A stretch of 64,000 bases of DNA. Origin: Zancudomyces culisetae HAW-14-8. Lineage: Eukaryota > Fungi > Kickxellomycota. A program made the position numbers and the translations under genes. Below the pieces are notes generated by a model, which did not search any database, was not told the origin of the DNA, and saw nothing but the letters and a program-made list of their open reading frames with translations. The DNA is taken from contig JBNJNM010000023.1 in assembly GCA_052426225.1 (NCBI GenBank), positions 1 through 64,000 of the forward strand, written 5' to 3'. Positions 57,572 through 64,000 of the stretch are shown here, piece by piece. Numbering within the stretch: position 1 is the stretch's first letter; each line of letters starts with the position of its first letter.

Positions 57572-58196
57572 ATCCAATCTCACTTTTTTCCCGTGCCATG
57601 CTAAGAACACCCATTTATTGTTACTATTTTTTCTTTATTTGAGTTTCTTTTTTGGCCAAACTCCTTTTTTTTTTGTTTTATTAGTTTTTAACAAATACAA
57701 ATAAAACAAAAAGTGCACAAAAAGAACCAGACCTTCTACTTTAGCGCTTGTAGATACCAGTGTCGAAGCCTTGCTGTAAACATTGTTCTGCATTCTTGTG
57801 AGGTTGTAGCGAGGCATACGCATGTATAAAGTATCCTTTTCTCGCCATCACTTTTCTTTAATGTGCGTGTATGTGTATATATGTACAAGTATAAAGGAAA
57901 TAGCGAGTCTAAATAACCTGATTTTGCCGAAAATTAGTTATGCTCTCTCCCCTCTCTCCTATCTAACCCTTTTTTCAACACATATCAGCTACTAGCCATC
58001 ACACCATACCCTCTTTATTTATTTATTCGGGACGGTAATATAGGAAAATACTACTAATCCCAACAACTCGCGTTTTTTATACACAACAATACTTTATTAT
58101 AATGGCACAATAAAAAAGCATAATCCGTAACAAAAATAAAATACTAGTAAAAAATCCAATACACTTTATATACTTGAGCCGGAAAAAAGCATGGTT

Positions 58197-58718
58197 TTAC
58201 AGCTTTTGGGTTCCATTGAGATAAAGCGTCATTTGATTATCCTTCAAACTAAACCCACACTTCTCATAAAACCTAATGTTGTCATTATTACAATTCAATG
58301 TTATCTTGTAGCATTGGATCTTTATTGCGATGTTCTTCAGGTTATTTATTATTATTGCACCCAGTTTCTTTCCCTGATAGTCCTTGTGGACTGCAATATC
58401 CTCAATATGCCCCACTGTGCCGCACGACCTGACAAATTTAAACTCGTTGAACAATGTTCCTGTTGCAACTATCTTATCTTTAACCTCATCGACCACTACT
58501 GTGACATAATACGACCCCTTGCTCTTCATTTTCAAAAACCTTTCTACAAACATCTGTTCAGTGACATTTCCTATCACTGTAAGCGATTCCAAGCATTCCA
58601 TAAGTCCCTTTTTATAGTCATGAATACTCAATGGTCGGATTTTGTATCCTGGTGGTACAATACTGAGCAATTCGCTTCTCAGTAGCTCTTCATCGTACAA
58701 TAATTCACCTGACCTCAT
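58197..58718 (-). CDS. GNA1: Glucosamine-6-phosphate N-acetyltransferase
   Basis: IRPL..DY.KG, EFKF...G.VGHIEDIAV...QGKKLG, CYKITLNC..N..FYEKCGF GNAT motifs. Confidence 0.95.
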   Translation of the reverse strand: MRSGELLYDEELLRSELLSIVPPGYKIRPLSIHDYKKGLMECLESLTVIGNVTEQMFVERFLKMKSKGSYYVTVVVDEVKDKIVATGTLFNEFKFVRSCGTVGHIEDIAVHKDYQGKKLGAIIINNLKNIAIKIQCYKITLNCNNDNIRFYEKCGFSLKDNQMTLYLNGTQKL

Positions 58719-61700
58719 TTTACCTTTCCAAAATTAATCTTTTCTTGTTTGAAATGCTTTCTGTACGTGTATACACAAAAGTAATAGTTAAATCTAAACT
58801 ATAGTAAAAATCGTTGCTGCTTGGTACCTTTCTGTTTTTTTTATAGATTTTGCTGTTTTAACAATGCTGTGAATCTCTTCATTTTACAAAAAAAAAAGAC
58901 TATTTTCCAATATCCCTCTTATTATACATATTTGTTTTTTTGTTGTAATACAAAGACATCACCCGGGTTTTAGCACCATTGTTGAGTATCATTGATTAGA
59001 AGCTATCTTTTTGAACTCTCCATATCATGAGTATACATGGCTGCATTTTAATTCTCAGACCTTTTACAAATAAATTGTGATACTACTGCCTTACCAAACC
59101 CAACAGTTTTTTTTTGTCATTGTTCAACTATTGAGTAGTTGAAATTCAACGATTTACACGTGAATTTCGATTTGTTGGCCTGTTCATTTTCGTTTCCATA
59201 ATTTTTTTTTCAATTGTTTATTGCTGTTACGCTAATCAGGTATTTGCATTACTTTTCATTGAACACCCAATTTAGCCAGAATTTTTCCGTTTTTGTACTG
59301 GAAATGCCTTATGTAAATATAAATAGGCAATTTGTTTTTGGTTTAAACTTATTGAGCACTAAAAACGTTCCACTTATCATTTTCATGTCTTTGTTTTACT
59401 GAACTTAGCCAATATCCCAACGGTTCCCATAAAGGCTGAGCCAACAACAGCGCTCTTATGAGCTTATCTCATTATGATAATGTTGCATATACATTCTCTC
59501 CACTTCTGCTCATCTTTCTCCCTCCCGTTCTCCCCCTATTTTTTCTTGTAGTACTCCATTTCTTGTCATCATTTTTCCATATACAAAAACATTACTCATC
59601 GAATCCTGTTTTCTCAGCTAAACGAACATACTCGTGATTAATTTAACTCTTTCCGCCTTAAAATAACCACTTTTCGCTTTATACAATTTCCCATTTCATT
59701 TACCCAACGCCAACTCTCCTCTCCTCTCCTCCCCTCCCCACTAAAAATGCTGAAGTGACCCAAAGAATTTTGGCTTTGGCTTATCGATTGGATATGCCTT
59801 TTTAGGTAAAATTTTCAAATTCGATATTTTTTTCCAATATACAAAGAAAAAGTTGCAGGGGGTTTATAAAAGTAGGTCAGTTCTCAATTATAGTAAATGG
59901 CTCGTGGTTCCGAAACTCTCATCTCCCCAACGCTTGTAATTTAGCAAAACACATAAATGTGAAAACAGGATTGTATCCAGTTCAGGGGAGAGAAAAAGGG
60001 AAAGGGTAAAGGGGACAGTATTGTTTTATGCATCCACTCAGGCTTCGCCATTACATCACAGTGTATTATCTCGTTTTAAAACACAAAACACACTGTACTA
60101 CATTTAGCATTCCTCAGCTTACAGTTGTGTGAGACTATAGGCTTATTTCATACGCGGCTATTAGAACAATAGAATGGTTTCCTCAAACCCAGCTAATAAA
60201 AATCACTCTTATCCATGTCACGAATGATTTAAAGTGGCGCTAATTAAATGGAGCATCCAAAATCGGTGAATCAGACAGCTTTATACCAGAATTAAATGCC
60301 CATTTAGGCTAAATATATTCTTTTTTGGATTTCCTGTTATCATTTTTCTCTTGCCATATTTCAGTATATTTTAATCCTATTTTAGCTTTTTTTAACCATC
60401 CCTCAGCCAATAAGAGGCGAACGAACAAAAGCAAAAACGATAATGTATTTTACCGATTTTCCAAAACTCACACATTGTAACATTCCTCATATTTTCCAAC
60501 TTTTCAGCTCAGACGGATTTAGTAGTACACCCTTTTTTTTCCTTCCGTGGTCTATCACATGTGTCATGTAAAGGAGTTCCAACAATCCCTCGCGTGCAAA
60601 TGTATTCCAGGTAGGTCCTCACTAGGGTGCAAACATCACCCACTCGTCTTTTTTTTTTGACTCACCTGCCAGTCTTCAACTCTCCAAATGATTTTTTGTT
60701 AATTGTAACAACCACAAATGTTATATTTTTATTTCTTTCAGTTTTGGAACTCCTGACCAAAGTAAGTGTACCTCTCCCCAACCATCGAAAACTACAATTA
60801 ATAAACAAAAGTAGTTTGAATGGTGGCAAACACGGTTGATTCAGGTACATCCAGGTGTATTTGTATTGAGCTAACACTTCACTTTCTCTACCTATTTAAT
60901 AAAAGATGCTTTGCAAACTCGTTTAGATGAATAGACAAGAAATAGATGGGTATTAAGTTTTAATATGAGTTTTATACAGCAAAACATTTTAAAAGTGGGG
61001 TCACATTTTCGACTATCTTGTTTTATGAACTCAAAGTGAATTTTGGAAATAAAACTTTTTTTGCCACGAAATATAATATACAAAAGAAACCAAGAGTTGC
61101 CTTTTCTCTTCGCAAAGGTTACAATCTGACCAATCTCATATTTTTAACTCCAGTTTGAACAATTGAAAGTATCAGTGAATAGCAACGAGTTGGCGTAACT
61201 CGATACGATGTATCAGTTATCTTGTTTTTTTCAATAAAAAAAAGATTTTTTGTGCTTTTATCTTCAAATGATAGTATTATCACGAGTTATACATATTTAC
61301 AGCTCCATTGTTGATTTAGTGAGTAAAAAAATAGTGTTCTTAGTTATTACTACAATTTTATAAACAGATTTTATAAATAAATATTTGAAATGGACATAAA
61401 TGAGTAAACATATCTAGATAATAATGACCAAACTTCTATCTACCCAAAACGTCACTATTCACAAATAAATGTCCTGGTAATTTGTTATTCTTTATCAACA
61501 ATACGTTGTTTTCAAGGACTACAACTATTATAAAACCATTCAGCTCAACCAAATAAATATCGCTTACCAATTTCATCCAGATGATTTATTATTCTAGATA
61601 GGCATTCTCCTACTATGAGAAACAAAATGTTTTTGCATGAATAACCCCATCATGCTACAGGTATTATTGCTGATACAAACTGTGATCAACACTGCATGTC

Positions 61701-63624
61701 TTGCTTTAGCAACCTTAATTAAAAAACGGATTAGCCACTCACTGTTAGCTGCACAGGTTTTATTTTTTAGCTAAAAAAGACTCAGTATCCGCTCTATAGC
61801 TTTTTATTATGAATATCGGTCGCACTTATTCAAGTCTGCAGGTCCGATTATTTGTCATCATTTCCATGAGAACTGCAATCAAATTCTAGAACAGCTGAGC
61901 ATTCGGCAAAAAGTGGATGTAAGCAATATTCATCATTCTCTTTTTTTCCTTCTATTTATTCCGCACACAAACGCTATACTCCTACTATCTAACTATAGTG
62001 CTGCCATCCTCATTTTACTCTTTAAGAGCGAATGGTTTATGTCTGAAAATATGGGGGTAAAGTGAACTAAAATTAGCACATTGCAGTAGAGCAATTTTTT
62101 TTTAAAAAAATTGGGCTTGATGGTATCTTTGCTTGAATGGGGCGGTCTAAAAGTAATTCGTCGAATTCTATAGTTTCATTGAAGTGTAAAACTAAATCCC
62201 AGTAAAATGAATTCTCACATCATCCCGATTTGCCAATCGCTTGTACGCATTGATTCCTTTCTTCATACAACTTAATGACCTGTAATTATGACATAAACAA
62301 TTACAATATAACTTAAACAATCATACAAACTTCAAGTTTTGCCGAGCATTCAGGCCGATTTGTAAACAGGTTCTCATTACCTTGTCCAAAAAAAAGTATC
62401 ATGTGGGCTAATGTTGCATATTTGGTATCATAGGTCTAAAAATTATGCGCCTTTTCATTTATTATTATAGATTTCCCCAATGCTTCAAGGAAAGCAAAAC
62501 ATATAGCAATATGACTCAACAAGGTGATGTGATCAAATGACATCCCAAAATAGAGTTTATACATATCCTTAAATAATAAAAAAGGAAACACACAGTATTT
62601 TTCATTCAAAAACTAGCATTAACACTGAATTTACCATTTCACATCAAGTTGCTTGTTCAGTTAAGACATGTAGCTTTCCCCAATTCTTTCCTGTATACAT
62701 TGGTTGCAACAACGCTCTATGGTTGGAAACCTTTCCTTTTTTAATATTCTTTTTCGGTGTCTACATTTGTCTACCAAGCCCTGTGTAATGATTTTTATTG
62801 TCTGTCTCTTCCTTGCTGAAGAGAATAAAACCCCCTCCACTGTCCGCACTTACCTCTAATACAACCACAACCACTCCCTTCTCCCCTCTTTCCTCAGAAA
62901 ATAGAAAAAAAGTCCCAGACACAGACCTGGAATAGTGACGATACTATCCTGATTTGATTTTTTTGTATTGTCCTTTTATCTATTCTATGCACTTTATGAC
63001 CAATTTGGAACAATTTTGGTAACAAGTAGTTATGTTACTAGCAACATGGTAATAAAAAAGTATGCAATGAGAAACAGCTTCTAGTTACACTGGGATTTTA
63101 TAAGGAAATCACCAAAACCCCCCCCTCCCCTCTCGCCTCAATCTTTTCCAAAGGTTGGCATGAGAATACATTAGCTGATTGTTCATTTGGTACAAGTCTT
63201 GCTTTGTGGTAAATTATCGCAGTTTTTATTTCAATTACAAAAGAAATGTTTCATAGTAGTAACAGTAAAATGGATAAAAAAATCCAAGCAAAAATAAAGC
63301 CTACAACTTTCCTGCTTGTTCCCATGACCTTCAGATGCAATAATATGCAGATATGATAAATACAAAAAATGAAAACCTGTAATTTTGTTGGCTGAAACTG
63401 GTTTTTTCTAAAACATCCCGGCTAAACAAAGAGCAATAACAGAGCTTTATTATTACCTCGTTGTCCCATTTTTCTTTCCAAAATAAAAAAAACACTATAA
63501 ATACTTGGAATACTCTCGCATCTTTTTATGTTTTGATGTTAACTATCTAGCACAAAGAATAATAAACTTTATAAAAAATATCACTAGAACACAGGTATTA
63601 AATGTTGAGCGAGAAATAGGGAGG

Positions 63625-63723
63625 ATGGGGTATAGATTCAAAACATTTTTAAAAAACACATGCGTTTATGGATGTAGCAACTGCGGCGCACACTTAACCT
63701 CCAGAAATCTTTTAATTTCAAAG
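63625..63723 (+). CDS. Yippee-like zinc-binding protein (YPEL/MOH1 family), first coding exon; gene continues past the window
   Basis: MGYRFKTFL..VYGCSNCGAHLT....LISK followed by a GTGAGT donor at 63724. Confidence 0.85.
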
Positions 63724-64000
63724 GTGAGTTTGTAAAGGCATGATTCTACAAAAGCAAAATATAGTAGGGGGATACGGCTTAAGAGTGAAGAGAGAGCTAG
63801 ATAGTGGGAGAAAGAAGAATTAAGGGAGGGGAAAGGGGAATATATATACAGCCCGAACAGTGTGTAGAAAATTCGAGAAAGCAGTGGCAAAGACTCCATC
63901 TTCATACTGTTGTGGTCTTAAAAAATAAAATCGTGCTTCGAATTGCACTCGACTCTCTTAAATCTACAAAAGGAGACACTTGTGCGAAAGATACAAAATA

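Noticed and set aside
59000-63500. Hidden gene or ncRNA in the long intergenic stretch (e.g. minus-strand GTGAGT donor at ~60660, short MARG ORF at ~59897)
   Set aside because: No coherent exon chain, conserved motif or RNA structure could be supported.

Overview
Left end of an AT-rich eukaryotic chromosome. It looks fungal (spliceosomal introns, a fungal transcription-factor domain). The gene and transposon repertoire is reminiscent of early-diverging Zoopagomycota/Harpellales, but that taxonomy is only inference. Layout: (1) About 1.25 kb of (CCCTAA)n telomere grading into CCCTAT variants. (2) 1.4-23.8 kb is a nested transposon pile. It holds a decayed endonuclease-less Penelope-like retroelement whose 5' end abuts the telomere, interrupted by a decayed Ty3/gypsy chromovirus and solo LTRs. 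Next come a Tc1 element and a full-length DIRS element, whose tyrosine recombinase is split by a very young, intact, apparently self-priming Ty3/gypsy element carrying an antisense tRNA-like Pol III cassette. (3) 25-48 kb is a subtelomeric region of small secreted proteins: at least 6 copies (4 intact, 2 pseudogenes) of a 4-Cys betagamma-crystallin-like family, two paralogous His/Cys/Pro-rich proteins and a Tyr/Gly-rich protein. (4) From 49.8 kb are core genes: peroxisomal carnitine acyltransferase, an ankyrin-repeat protein, NDP kinase, GNA1 and the first exon of a yippee-like gene. All calls were made by eye, with no database searches.
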